Positions 18,320-28,019 of a DNA stretch of 64,000 nucleotides are shown piece after piece; within the stretch, counting starts at the first letter, position 1; every line of letters begins with the position of its first letter. A program made the position numbers and the translations under genes. Source of the DNA: Candidatus Cloacimonadales bacterium. GTDB taxonomy: Bacteria > Cloacimonadota > Cloacimonadia > Cloacimonadales > JAFGVF01. The DNA is taken from assembly GCA_963663475.2 (NCBI GenBank), contig CAXXJV010000001.1, positions 2,528,001 to 2,592,000 on the forward strand, written 5' to 3'. The notes under the pieces are model-generated. The model did no database searches and was not told the DNA's origin. It saw only the letters and a program-made list of their open reading frames with translations.

Positions 18320-19246
18320 TTAAGTGAACATTGCATTCACAAATTCCTTTGCATCAAAATCTTGTAAATCTTCAATCCCTTCTCCAACACCTATTAGTTT
18401 TACAGGAATATTTAATACTTTTTTAATATTCAAGACAATGCCTCCCTTGGCTGTTCCATCTAGTTTAGTTAATACTAAGCCAGTAAGTGGTACTATACCA
18501 TTGAATGTTTTTGCCTGATTAATTGCATTTTGACCTGTTGTAGAATCTAAGACTAAGAATACTTCATGGGGGCCATCAGGTGCTACTTTCTTGATGGTTC
18601 GATAGATTTTTTCTAACTCTTTCATTAAGTTAGCCCTATTATGCTGTCTGCCAGCCGTATCTATCATAACAACATCTTTATTTTTGGCTATAGCAGACCT
18701 TATTCCATCAAATACTACTGCTGAAGGATCTGCACCTTGATCTTGTTTAACAATATCAACATCTGCTCGTTCAGACCAAATAGTTAACTGTTCTACAGCG
18801 GCAGCTCGGAAGGTATCTCCTGCAATCATTAAAACTGATTTTTTTTCATCATTAAACCGCTTGGCTAATTTACCAATAGTAGTTGTCTTACCCACACCAT
18901 TAACGCCAATAAACAAGATTATGTATGGCTTTTTATCTGTCATTTCAAAAACTTGACCTTCTTCCTCATAATCAGCCATTAGCTCTTGAGTCATTATATT
19001 TTTTATAATTTCTTGAACTTGTTCTGTTTCTTTAATTTTATTTATTCTAATTTCATCTCTTAACTTATCAATAATTTTAGTGGTCATCTCAACTCCAGTA
19101 TCACCCTGAAGTAAGATTTCTTCCAACTGCTCTAAAAGTTCTTCATCTACTACGCCTCTAAGCTTGACAGCTTCGGCTATTTTACCTATGAAATTATTTT
19201 TAGTAGTAGCTAATTTATCTTTTAGCTTTTTTACAAATTTAAACAT
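18320..19246 (-). CDS. ftsY: signal recognition particle receptor
   Basis: GVNGVGKTTTIGKLA, DTFRAAAVEQL, DTAGR, TKLDGTAKGG, GVGEGIEDL. Confidence 0.97.
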   Translation of the reverse strand: MFKFVKKLKDKLATTKNNFIGKIAEAVKLRGVVDEELLEQLEEILLQGDTGVEMTTKIIDKLRDEIRINKIKETEQVQEIIKNIMTQELMADYEEEGQVFEMTDKKPYIILFIGVNGVGKTTTIGKLAKRFNDEKKSVLMIAGDTFRAAAVEQLTIWSERADVDIVKQDQGADPSAVVFDGIRSAIAKNKDVVMIDTAGRQHNRANLMKELEKIYRTIKKVAPDGPHEVFLVLDSTTGQNAINQAKTFNGIVPLTGLVLTKLDGTAKGGIVLNIKKVLNIPVKLIGVGEGIEDLQDFDAKEFVNAMFT

Positions 19247-19284
19247 TATTCTGCTCCTAAAGTAAATAACTATTATGTTATGTC

Positions 19285-19312
19285 ATTATAAGTGATCTTA
19301 GTTAAAAGTCAA
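19285..19312 (-). promoter_or_regulatory. sigma70-type promoter of the ftsY operon
   Basis: TTGACT-16 bp-TATAAT on the minus strand. Confidence 0.55.
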
Positions 19313-19383
19313 TAGAAAATATTATTTTGTTGAATTATACCTCTAATTGTTATTTTTACTGATTATCATAATATTTAAGTTTT

Positions 19384-19412
19384 AAAAAAAAGCCCCGAAT
19401 TAACGAGACTTT
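19384..19412 (-). terminator. intrinsic terminator after the GLUG protein gene
   Basis: Minus strand AAAGTCTCG-TTAATT-CGGGGCTTTTTTTT. Confidence 0.65.
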
Positions 19413-19499
19413 AATGTCATTGCGATAAATCCGCAGAAACTAAAACAAAAAGGGAAGAAATACCTCCATTTTTAACTTTTCATTGAAACCAAGTATGTC

Positions 19500-21236
19500 C
19501 TATTTTAAAAGTATCCCTTTGCCAGTACTAACTTCATTATTGTTTCTAATCCTAAACAAATATAAGCCTGAAGCTACACTTCTATTGTGATTATCCACCC
19601 CATGCCAGGTAAAGTTATGAGTGCCTGCTGATTGCTTAGCTAAGTCTTTTGTATAGACTTTTTGCCCTTTAATGTTATAAATTTCGACATATACATTACT
19701 GCTTTTCTTAAGAGTATAAGCTATTGTAGTTGTGGGATTAAAAGGATTAGGATATAGAGAGTTTATCCTAATATCAGAAACAGCGTTGACGTCTATATTT
19801 TCTTCTAAATCGTCATTATCAGTTGCAATAATATTATAAGTTAGAAAAGGATAACCATCATTAATTTCAGGGTTAATATCCCAGACATCCCAATCTGCAA
19901 CATCACCATAAGGATCACCCACAAAATCCCATGGAAGATAATCATAAACTTGAGTATAAGTTGCGACATCTTTCATTTGAGCAGTAGTCATACCATCAGC
20001 ATGAATCAAAACTTCAGGATTTATCTCTGCCACTTCATAATCTACATAATTATCATATCCTACCCAGAATTCTCCCCCAAAAGGAATTGTAAAACCTGCA
20101 TCCCTATCTGAACCTATAATTCGGTTAGCTGTATATGATCTATTAATACCTCCATTAAGTTGAACATAAAAATCACCGGCAAAAAGATTAATCATTGGAT
20201 TATTGTTCTCCTGGGCATAGATATCAACCATAGTGTAGCTATTAGAAATAAAACAAAACAGTGCAGAACCTATAAACCCCCCAGTACAATCTGAGCCGGT
20301 TATAAACCCTTTTGCACTACAACCGGCTATTTCAGGGAATTGAGGATCTGGATTATCAGCATCGGCACCTCTCATGTTCCCTACAAATCCACCAACATAC
20401 TCTAGCGTTTCATTATTTAATGATTCTATCTCTGTATAGGAGTGACAATCTACAATATCATAACCATTACTTCCTACAAAGCCTCCAATATAAGAACCTC
20501 CATTTAGCACAATATATGATTCACTTTGGCAAAGAAAAATCTCTCCATCGTTACTACCTATGAATCCTCCAACTATCTCTAAAACATAATGTTCGCTGTA
20601 AAGTTCTAAGGTGCTACTGCAATTTTGAATCCTTGAACCTGAAGAAGAACCAACAAATCCACCTATATCTCCAGGAGATTGAGAAATATCTGCTATGTTT
20701 ATCACAACTTCGGAAGAAGAATATTCTATCAATGAACTATTTACAAATGTAGCAATGCCTCCACTTTTTTCATAACATAAAATACTTCCTGATACAGTAA
20801 CATTGTATACAGAACTTTCTGAAGTTATTCCTATAGCCAATAAGCCTACAATAGAACCAGTATAATTAAAATCTCTTAAAGTTAAATTTTTAACTAGACC
20901 ACCAGTTATCTGTCGGAAGAAACTAGCATTACCATCAACTCCACGATTAAGGTAATGATTGAGAATTTCATAGCTTCCCCCATCATACTGTCCAGAAAAC
21001 CAAATATCATTCCATTCAGCTACTTCATTTACATTAGCAGACTCAGAAGCATCAATATCAGCTGTTTGAAGAAAATAGCTATCCCAAACCTCTTCAGTCT
21101 CAGATAACCAAAGTAAATGAGCAAATTCGCTTATTAAATACGGGTCATCTTCTGTCCCTAAACCAGGAGCTTGTAGCCCCTGACCACATAACATAACACT
21201 ACAAACACATAGCACAGTCACAAATAATAACTTCAT
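19500..21236 (-). CDS. secreted GLUG-repeat (beta-helix) protein with C-terminal FlgD-Ig/Por-type tail
   Basis: Signal peptide, G.GTEDDPYLI, FLQTADIDAS, repeated VGGFVG, NDGYPFL, then YPNPFNPTTTI...IYNIKGQKV...WHGVD...ASGLY. Confidence 0.85.
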   Translation of the reverse strand: MKLLFVTVLCVCSVMLCGQGLQAPGLGTEDDPYLISEFAHLLWLSETEEVWDSYFLQTADIDASESANVNEVAEWNDIWFSGQYDGGSYEILNHYLNRGVDGNASFFRQITGGLVKNLTLRDFNYTGSIVGLLAIGITSESSVYNVTVSGSILCYEKSGGIATFVNSSLIEYSSSEVVINIADISQSPGDIGGFVGSSSGSRIQNCSSTLELYSEHYVLEIVGGFIGSNDGEIFLCQSESYIVLNGGSYIGGFVGSNGYDIVDCHSYTEIESLNNETLEYVGGFVGNMRGADADNPDPQFPEIAGCSAKGFITGSDCTGGFIGSALFCFISNSYTMVDIYAQENNNPMINLFAGDFYVQLNGGINRSYTANRIIGSDRDAGFTIPFGGEFWVGYDNYVDYEVAEINPEVLIHADGMTTAQMKDVATYTQVYDYLPWDFVGDPYGDVADWDVWDINPEINDGYPFLTYNIIATDNDDLEENIDVNAVSDIRINSLYPNPFNPTTTIAYTLKKSSNVYVEIYNIKGQKVYTKDLAKQSAGTHNFTWHGVDNHNRSVASGLYLFRIRNNNEVSTGKGILLK

Positions 21237-21340
21237 TTTTACTCCCTTTTCTATATTATACTCAATATCTTTAAGTTTAAGATCAATACAGAGAGAGACA
21301 TCCTCCCTCTGTATTATATTATATTAATCTACATTTTCTG

Positions 21341-21654
21341 TCAACTATTCATAAGAATCATTTTATTAACAACATTATCATTATCAGAAGAGACTTTATA
21401 CAAATAAATGCCTGAAGATACTTTTTTGTTGTTTTCATTGGTACCATTCCAAACAACTGAATGAATTCCTGGACTTAACTTATTATTCACAAGTGTCTTA
21501 ACACGCTGTCCTTTGATGTTGTAAATCTGTAACTTCACAACCGACTCATCTGCTATATCAAAGCTAATTGTTGTTTCTGGGTTAAATGGATTAGGGTATT
21601 TTGATGAAGTTTCAGAGTTAGAGGGACAACATTATCTGTTTCAGAATCCTCCAT
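21341..21654 (-). pseudogene. frameshifted, N-terminally deleted FlgD-Ig/Por tail remnant
   Basis: MEDSETDNVVPLTLKLHQ, then a 1-bp loss at ~21600, then YPNPFNPETTISFDIADESVVKLQIYNIKGQ...KMILMNS; no signal peptide or cargo domain. Confidence 0.75.
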
Positions 21655-21848
21655 ACCAAATATTTGATAGATGTCACTCCTTTTTTAATTTTAATTTCTC
21701 ATTTTATTAGTCAAGTATAAATAACTAATAACTTCAATAATCCTTTTCATTTCACACAAGGTTTGTTTATTTATTTTTTACTACATAAGTCACCTCCTCA
21801 TTGTAGGCAATAATTTTTTCATTTTCTTCCTTTTTGTTTAAACACTTT

Positions 21849-22040
21849 TTAATGCTTTTCGATTACTACAGTTTCTCCATTAACTTCAAGAGTAACAACT
21901 TCATCATCATCTGATAGAATAATATAATCTGTTCCTTGAACCTCTTCCCAAGTTACAACTCTTAAGCCTTGATATAGTTCTTGACTTATTAAGGGACAAC
22001 ATAATAATAACATAATAATAATTAAAAGTTTGAACTTCAT
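21849..22040 (-). CDS. small secreted protein
   Basis: GAGGT RBS, signal peptide MKFKLLIIIMLLLCCPLISQ, acidic mature region of about 44 aa. Confidence 0.6.
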   Translation of the reverse strand: MKFKLLIIIMLLLCCPLISQELYQGLRVVTWEEVQGTDYIILSDDDEVVTLEVNGETVVIEKH

Positions 22041-22118
22041 TTTTACCTCTCTCTATATATATAGACTATAAAAGAGATTAAAAATGTGCTAGTTTTTCAT
22101 AAACCCCTATTATACTGA

Positions 22119-23087
22119 ATGCTACAGAGGAACAGCGAAATGAATAAAGTTATTAGTAAGGCCTTTGAAAGATCTAAATTTATTGCCTTAAAATATGTCA
22201 AAGATATAGATATTGCTGAAGAAGTTGCTCAATTATCGACTATTCAGTTATATTTAAACTTTGATAAAATTGATAAAACAAAGATAAACAGCTGGTTATT
22301 TGCTGTTACTCGCAATCTTTGTTTGGACATTTTAAAAAAACAAAATGAGACTATAGAGATTTTAGTAGATCCTTTGAATTTAAGTAAAGCCATAGCTTAT
22401 ACACAAATTGGGATAAATGAAGAGCTTGACATAGATATTTATGCTTTTATTTCTCAAGCAGATAAAAAGTTATTAAAGAAATACTACAATCAAAATGTGC
22501 CTATCTTTAAATTAGCTCAAGATTTCAAGATTAAGGAAAGTAAGCTTAAGCAAAAAATACATTCATTAGAAAATGAGATTAAACTGTTTCATTTGATCAC
22601 TAGTGATGTTATCTATTTTAAACCTATCACAAATACCAAATTGGCTAAAAAGATAGATAATTTAATTAAAGCTCTAGTAAAAGCTCTCCAAAACAATAAT
22701 TTAGCTTCTATGAGAAGATATTGCAAAGGGGCTATCATTCATGATTCAATCAAGAAGATTAAGATTAAATCTTATGAAGCATGTAAAATAAAAGTAATTG
22801 AAGATAATAATTATGAAATGGTTGTAGGCTATTTAGATTTTGAAAATCGAATAAGAGTTTTTTTTATTAATTTCTCAATCACTAAGTCTGGAAATATTCA
22901 GGTCTTGGAAATGCCTATTTTACCTAAAAGGGTTTTAGTGATTGATAAAAAACATGTTGCCCATCAGAACCCAACTAAAGAACTCACAAATAGGAAAGGT
23001 GTGTATAATAACAAACTTGGCACAATTGATGAGATGAAAGATAAAGGGATTGCTAAAGTAATTCAAACGGAAGATGACTTTAGCTAA
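22119..23087 (+). CDS. ECF-type sigma-70 factor with a long C-terminal extension
   Basis: Region 2 motifs AEEVAQ and SWLFAVTRNLCLD; degenerate region 4 (DKKLLKKYY...IFKLAQDFKIKESKLKQKIH); about 170 aa extension. Start could be 22140. Confidence 0.65.
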   Translation: MLQRNSEMNKVISKAFERSKFIALKYVKDIDIAEEVAQLSTIQLYLNFDKIDKTKINSWLFAVTRNLCLDILKKQNETIEILVDPLNLSKAIAYTQIGINEELDIDIYAFISQADKKLLKKYYNQNVPIFKLAQDFKIKESKLKQKIHSLENEIKLFHLITSDVIYFKPITNTKLAKKIDNLIKALVKALQNNNLASMRRYCKGAIIHDSIKKIKIKSYEACKIKVIEDNNYEMVVGYLDFENRIRVFFINFSITKSGNIQVLEMPILPKRVLVIDKKHVAHQNPTKELTNRKGVYNNKLGTIDEMKDKGIAKVIQTEDDFS

Positions 23088-23215
23088 ACCATAAGCAACT
23101 GAACACAACAAATGTTTCCCTACCACTAAAACTATTCTATTAAATCAAGATTTTCATTGACGAATTTGCCTTGAAAGATTTAATATGCAAAAAAATCATT
23201 AATATAGGAGTCAAG

Positions 23216-23869
23216 ATGGCTAAAGTTATTACTTCTAAACAGGCTGCAGAGATGATTAGACCCAATGATAGACTTATGATTGGTGGATTTCTTGCAGTTG
23301 GAGCCCCAGAAACAATAATTGATGAATTAGTGAAAAGCAATGTAAAAAACTTACACGCAATCGTTATTGCATCTGATTATGAAAATAGAGGAATCGGTAA
23401 ATTGGTTGCAAACAAACAAATTAAATCAGCTCAAGTTTCCCATTTAGGAACAAATAGAGAAATACAAGCACAAATGAATGCTGGACTTATCGACATTGAA
23501 TTAGTTCCCCAAGGAACACTTATGGAGAGAGTAAGAGCTGCTGGTGCTGGTTTAGGTGGCATTCTAACTCAAACAGGTTTAGGCACTTTAGCTCAAGAAG
23601 GAAAACCTGTTATCGAATCTGACGGTAAACTCTATATTTTAGAAAAACCAATCCATGCTGATTTTGCTCTGATTAGAGCTCATAAGGCAGACAAATTAGG
23701 AAACTTAGTTTATAATAAAACTGCTCGTAACTCTAATCCTAATATGGCTATGGCTGGCAAAATCACAATTGCTGAAGTTGATGAAATTGTTGAAGTTGGC
23801 CAAATTGACCCAGAAGCTGTTGTTACTCCAGGTGTGTTTGTTGATTACATAGTAAAAAGGGAGGCATAA
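23216..23869 (+). CDS. atoD: acetate/butyrate:acetoacetate CoA-transferase alpha subunit
   Basis: MIGGFLAVGAPE, SHLGTN, PQGTLMERVRAAGAGLGG, DKLGNLVY, VTPGVFVD; start at ATG 23216 after AGGAG. Confidence 0.9.
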   Translation: MAKVITSKQAAEMIRPNDRLMIGGFLAVGAPETIIDELVKSNVKNLHAIVIASDYENRGIGKLVANKQIKSAQVSHLGTNREIQAQMNAGLIDIELVPQGTLMERVRAAGAGLGGILTQTGLGTLAQEGKPVIESDGKLYILEKPIHADFALIRAHKADKLGNLVYNKTARNSNPNMAMAGKITIAEVDEIVEVGQIDPEAVVTPGVFVDYIVKREA

Positions 23870-24540
23870 TGGATAGAAATGATAAAAACTACAAAAGAGC
23901 TCTTATAGCAAAAAGAATTGCTCAAGAGCTTCATGATGGAGACTTTGTTAACTTAGGTATTGGACTTCCCACACTAGTAGCTAATTATATCCCCGAAGGA
24001 ATTACTGTTCATTTCCAAAGTGAAAATGGCATCATGGGTGTTGGTTCAGCACCAAGTCCTGAAAATCAAGACCAAGATTTAATCAATGCGGGTGGTGGAC
24101 ATATCACAGCTCTTCCTGGTGCTTCTTATTTTGATTCTGCTACTTCTTTTGCTATTATTAGAGGTGGACATCTTAATATGACCGTTCTGGGAGCTTTACA
24201 AGTAGATGGTAAGGGTAACCTAGCAAACTGGATGATACCTGGTAAAATGGTTCCTGGTATGGGTGGAGCAATGGATCTAGTTACTGGTGCTAAAAATGTT
24301 GTAGTAGCTATGGAACATTGTGATAAACATGGTAATTCTAAGATTCTTAAGGAATGCACCTTACCACTGACAGCTAAGGGAAAAGTAACTCTTATTGTTA
24401 CAGATATGGCTTTAATTAGAATCACTGACAAGGGTGCTATACTTGAAGAAATAGCTGCGGGATTAACTGTTGAAGAAGTACTTAATCATACCCAAGCAGA
24501 ATTAATTGTAGCTGATAATATTAAAGAATTTGATGTTTAA
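23869..24540 (+). CDS. atoA: acetate/butyrate:acetoacetate CoA-transferase beta subunit
   Basis: VNLGIGLPT, catalytic QSENG, IRGGH, GNLANW, PGMGGAMDL, CTLPLT. Confidence 0.9.
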   Translation: MDRNDKNYKRALIAKRIAQELHDGDFVNLGIGLPTLVANYIPEGITVHFQSENGIMGVGSAPSPENQDQDLINAGGGHITALPGASYFDSATSFAIIRGGHLNMTVLGALQVDGKGNLANWMIPGKMVPGMGGAMDLVTGAKNVVVAMEHCDKHGNSKILKECTLPLTAKGKVTLIVTDMALIRITDKGAILEEIAAGLTVEEVLNHTQAELIVADNIKEFDV

Positions 24541-24571
24541 AAAAACTAAGTTTTTGTTAAACTAAATATTC

Positions 24572-24597
24572 AAGGCTGGGATTTCTCAGCCTTTTTT
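24572..24597 (+). terminator. intrinsic terminator after atoA
   Basis: AAGGCTGGGA-TT-TCTCAGCCTTTTTT. Confidence 0.75.
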
Positions 24598-24673
24598 GAT
24601 GTTATTTTATATTTTTCAATTGACTTGATTTAACTAATAATTAATTTTGTAAAAAAATTCTAAGGAGTCGCTT

Positions 24674-24994
24674 ATGTTCCCAGGTGGAAATATGAAACAG
24701 CTTATGAAAAAAGCTCAAAAAATGCAAAAAGATCTCTTGAAAGCTCAAGAAGAGATGGAAAATAAAATATTCTCAGCTTCCTCAGGTGGCGGTATGGTTA
24801 AAATTGACATGAATGGTAAATTTGAAGTAAAGTCTATCAAAATTGATCCTGAAGTCATCGATCCTGATGATGTTGAAATGTTAGAAGACTTAATTTTAGC
24901 AGCTCTTAAAGATGGTTTTGAACAAGTCTCTAAAAACAATGAATCTTCCATGTCTGATGTTACAGGTGGAATGAAGATACCAGGCTTATTCTAA
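24674..24994 (+). CDS. ybaB: YbaB/EbfC nucleoid-associated protein
   Basis: MKKAQKMQ, SGGGMVK, DVEMLEDLILAA; directly upstream of recR. Confidence 0.95.
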   Translation: MFPGGNMKQLMKKAQKMQKDLLKAQEEMENKIFSASSGGGMVKIDMNGKFEVKSIKIDPEVIDPDDVEMLEDLILAALKDGFEQVSKNNESSMSDVTGGMKIPGLF

Positions 24995-25002
24995 ACTAAG
25001 TA

Positions 25003-25596
25003 ATGATAAAAGCCATTGAAGACTTAAAGGATTCTTTAAAGACTTTGCCGGGCATTGGAGAAAAGACTGCTCAACGCCTGGCATTGCATATTTTATCTCA
25101 AGATAAGCTATATTCAAGCCAGCTAGGTGAATCTATCCTACAAGCAGTTGCTAAAATTGAAAATTGTAAAATATGCAATATGCTTACAGATGATAATCCT
25201 TGTAGATTTTGTAGTGATATAAATCGCAATGATAAAAGCCTTTGTATTGTAGAACATACTGCTGATGTTTTTATGTTAGAATCTACTGGAGAGTTTTATG
25301 GTAAGTACTTTGTTTTAGGCAACTTACTATCTCCTATTGATGGAATAGGTCCTGATGATATTCATATTGACCAAGTCTTATCAAGAATAAAAGATTATGA
25401 TGTTGAAGAAGTAATCATAGCATTAAGTCCATCTGTTGAAGGCGAAACAACAATAGCTTATATCGCAGATAGACTAGAGGATTGGTCTGGTAAAATAAGT
25501 AGATTATCTACAGGCATTCCTTTCGGTGGAGACCTTGAGTATTCTAATAAGATTACTATTGCTAATGCTTTAAAGCATAGATTTAACATGAAATAG
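25003..25596 (+). CDS. recR: recombination mediator RecR
   Basis: LPGIGEKTAQRLA, C4 zinc finger, LSPIDGIGP, VEGETT, GIPFGGDLEY. Confidence 0.97.
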   Translation: MIKAIEDLKDSLKTLPGIGEKTAQRLALHILSQDKLYSSQLGESILQAVAKIENCKICNMLTDDNPCRFCSDINRNDKSLCIVEHTADVFMLESTGEFYGKYFVLGNLLSPIDGIGPDDIHIDQVLSRIKDYDVEEVIIALSPSVEGETTIAYIADRLEDWSGKISRLSTGIPFGGDLEYSNKITIANALKHRFNMK

Positions 25597-25604
25597 TAGG
25601 GCCC

Positions 25605-26249
25605 ATGTTTACAGGAATAATAGAAGAAATTGGAAAAATTTCCAGTATTAGCAATCATGGGGGCAAGAAATATTTTACCATTGAAGCTAGTAAAATAAAT
25701 AGTGACTTGAAAATTGGTGATTCAGTTGCTTGTAATGGGATTTGTTTAACTTTAATAAGTTTTACAGATAAAGCAATAACTATTGAAGCCATGAATGAGA
25801 CAATTGCTAAAACAAGTGCTAAATATTGGTCGCTTGGTAATTCTATCAATTTAGAAAGAGCCTTAAGGTTCAATAGTAGACTAGATGGGCATATCGTGCA
25901 AGGTCATGTTGATACTATCTCGCAAGTTCTTACTGTTAAAAAGCAAAATAATACACGCTATATTGAAGTAGTTCTAGACCAGCAATATGCTGATCTTGTC
26001 GTAGCTCAAGGTTCAATTGCAATCAATGGGGTAAGTTTAACTATTGCTAAACTTAATAATAAAAGTCTGCAAGTAGCTCTAATATCTTTAACTGAAGATT
26101 TAACTAACTTATCACTTGTTAAAGTTGGCGATTATGTTAATCTTGAGTTCGATATTATAGGTAAATATATTCTTAGAAGCCAAGAGTTAAAGAAACAATC
26201 ATCAGCTTCACAAATAACAAAAGCATGGTTATATGAACAAGGTTTTTAA
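25605..26249 (+). CDS. ribE: riboflavin synthase (alpha type)
   Basis: MFTGIIEE, GDSVACNGICLT, NLERAL, GHIVQGHVD, GSIAINGVSLT, VNLEFD. Confidence 0.95.
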   Translation: MFTGIIEEIGKISSISNHGGKKYFTIEASKINSDLKIGDSVACNGICLTLISFTDKAITIEAMNETIAKTSAKYWSLGNSINLERALRFNSRLDGHIVQGHVDTISQVLTVKKQNNTRYIEVVLDQQYADLVVAQGSIAINGVSLTIAKLNNKSLQVALISLTEDLTNLSLVKVGDYVNLEFDIIGKYILRSQELKKQSSASQITKAWLYEQGF

Positions 26250-27516
26250 GTTTTCTCTCTTACTAATTATCCTTTTGGTTGCTTGTGGCAAAGCCAAAAG
26301 TCCTACTGGTGGTCCTCAAGACAAAGAAGCATTAAAAATTATCTCTATATTTCCAGATAATTATGCTTCTATAAGTGATAAAAAGATTGAAATAACCTTC
26401 AACAAAGAAGTAGATAAAAGATCAGCCCAAAATGCATTTAGATTTTATCCTCCCCTAGAATCCTTTGATATTATAAGTGATGATAGAGAAATAAGCCTAG
26501 TAATCAATGAGGAACTGCTAAAGAATAGAAACTACTATTTAACAATATCTAATCTCCTAAAAGATACTCGTAACAACAGCTTAGATTCTAATACGACTTA
26601 TACCTTTAGTAATGGTAAGTTGCAAGACTCTAGACTTTTTGGTCAAGTTATCTATGCTAAAGATGAAGATAAAGCTGAAGATAAAAAGCTGATTTTGCTT
26701 GATCAAGATTCTGTAACAGTCTTTATCAAGACTTTTTCAGGTCATAACTATGATATTGATGGTTTAGAATATAGGCCTTATATTCTAAGATCTTTTATAG
26801 ATAAAAATAACAATGGAAGATATGATATTGAAAAAGAGCCTTATTTTGAAAAGTATATAGATTCTCTTAAAACCAGTAAAAGTGATATTGTCTTAGCTTA
26901 TGTGGACACCTCAAGAGTCCTAACCCAGAGGGCAAGCGCTCTTAATAATCAACTTGTTGAAGTAAGCCTTTCTGAAGATTTAGCAAGTTGGGATTCTTTA
27001 AGTATTATTAACCCAGCAGATTCTTCATCTTTATCTTTCAGTCATGCCTTTTCTCAAGAAGACAAGTTCTTTATTATTACAAGCCTACAAGATACCTTAG
27101 ACTATCGTCTAGCAATCTTCAATTTGCTTGATAATAATAATAACCTAACTCCTGTATCAAGAATTAATTTCAAAGGATCAAGTCATATTGACACCCTTAA
27201 TTTTAAAATTCTTGATTCATTTCCCGCCAACGGTTCTACTGTTAACGAAAGCTTTCCAGAAATTTATGTAAAATTTGATAAGATTGTTATGGGACAAGAT
27301 ATCAAAGCTAGTTTAAAAGAGAATGAAACTAATAAACTTATTGATTTTGATATAATAGAAAGTAAGACTTTTTCTGCTAAATTCAAGCCCCAAAATAAAC
27401 TAAAGAGTTTCAATAGCTATACTTTTACTATTTCCAGTGAAAGTAAAGACTTTTTAGGAAACAATTTAGACCAAGATTTTCAAATCAACTTTATGGTTAC
27501 AGGAAATAACCAATAA
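26233..27516 (+). CDS. lipoprotein with Ig-like (Big_5) domains
   Basis: Lipobox LVAC followed by PTGGPQD; two Ig-like repeats (..FP....ITFNK / KD..GNNLD). Confidence 0.75.
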   Translation: MNKVFKFSLLLIILLVACGKAKSPTGGPQDKEALKIISIFPDNYASISDKKIEITFNKEVDKRSAQNAFRFYPPLESFDIISDDREISLVINEELLKNRNYYLTISNLLKDTRNNSLDSNTTYTFSNGKLQDSRLFGQVIYAKDEDKAEDKKLILLDQDSVTVFIKTFSGHNYDIDGLEYRPYILRSFIDKNNNGRYDIEKEPYFEKYIDSLKTSKSDIVLAYVDTSRVLTQRASALNNQLVEVSLSEDLASWDSLSIINPADSSSLSFSHAFSQEDKFFIITSLQDTLDYRLAIFNLLDNNNNLTPVSRINFKGSSHIDTLNFKILDSFPANGSTVNESFPEIYVKFDKIVMGQDIKASLKENETNKLIDFDIIESKTFSAKFKPQNKLKSFNSYTFTISSESKDFLGNNLDQDFQINFMVTGNNQ

Positions 27517-27517
27517 C

Positions 27518-27910
27518 TTAGATTGAGATTATTACTTCTCTTTGTCTTGGACCATCAAACTCACAGAAATATATTCCCTGCCAAGTACCTAAAAGAAGTT
27601 CATTAGCCTCATAAGGAATGTTAATCGATGTTCCCACTATACTTGAGAGAAAATGAGCATAAGAGTTGCCTTCTTGGTGCAGATACTCTCTTAAGTTTGG
27701 AGAAATTCTTTTAAAGGCAAACTTTAGATCATAGACAACATCTGGATCTGCAGCTTCATTAATTGTAACACCAGCAGTAGTGTGCGGGATGTAGATGTTT
27801 ACTAGTCCATTGTGTTGAGGTGATTCTTCAACTAATGCTTGCACAATCTTAGTGATTTCAATCATATCAATCTTAGCATTTGTATTTACTTTAATCCTTT
27901 TAATTAGCAT
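27518..27910 (-). CDS. yjbQ: YjbQ / UPF0047 family protein
   Basis: PHTTAGVTINEAADPDV, HQEGNS, LGTWQGIYFCEFDGPRQR; ATG at 27910 after GGAGG. Confidence 0.92.
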   Translation of the reverse strand: MLIKRIKVNTNAKIDMIEITKIVQALVEESPQHNGLVNIYIPHTTAGVTINEAADPDVVYDLKFAFKRISPNLREYLHQEGNSYAHFLSSIVGTSINIPYEANELLLGTWQGIYFCEFDGPRQREVIISI

Positions 27911-28019
27911 AATTTCCTCCAACTTTTACTAATAATCCCTAATAAAACAGTAGATCTTGCAATAAATTTCTACCACACTATCTATTATAATTTAACTAAT
28001 TAAACTAATTTTCAAAGAT

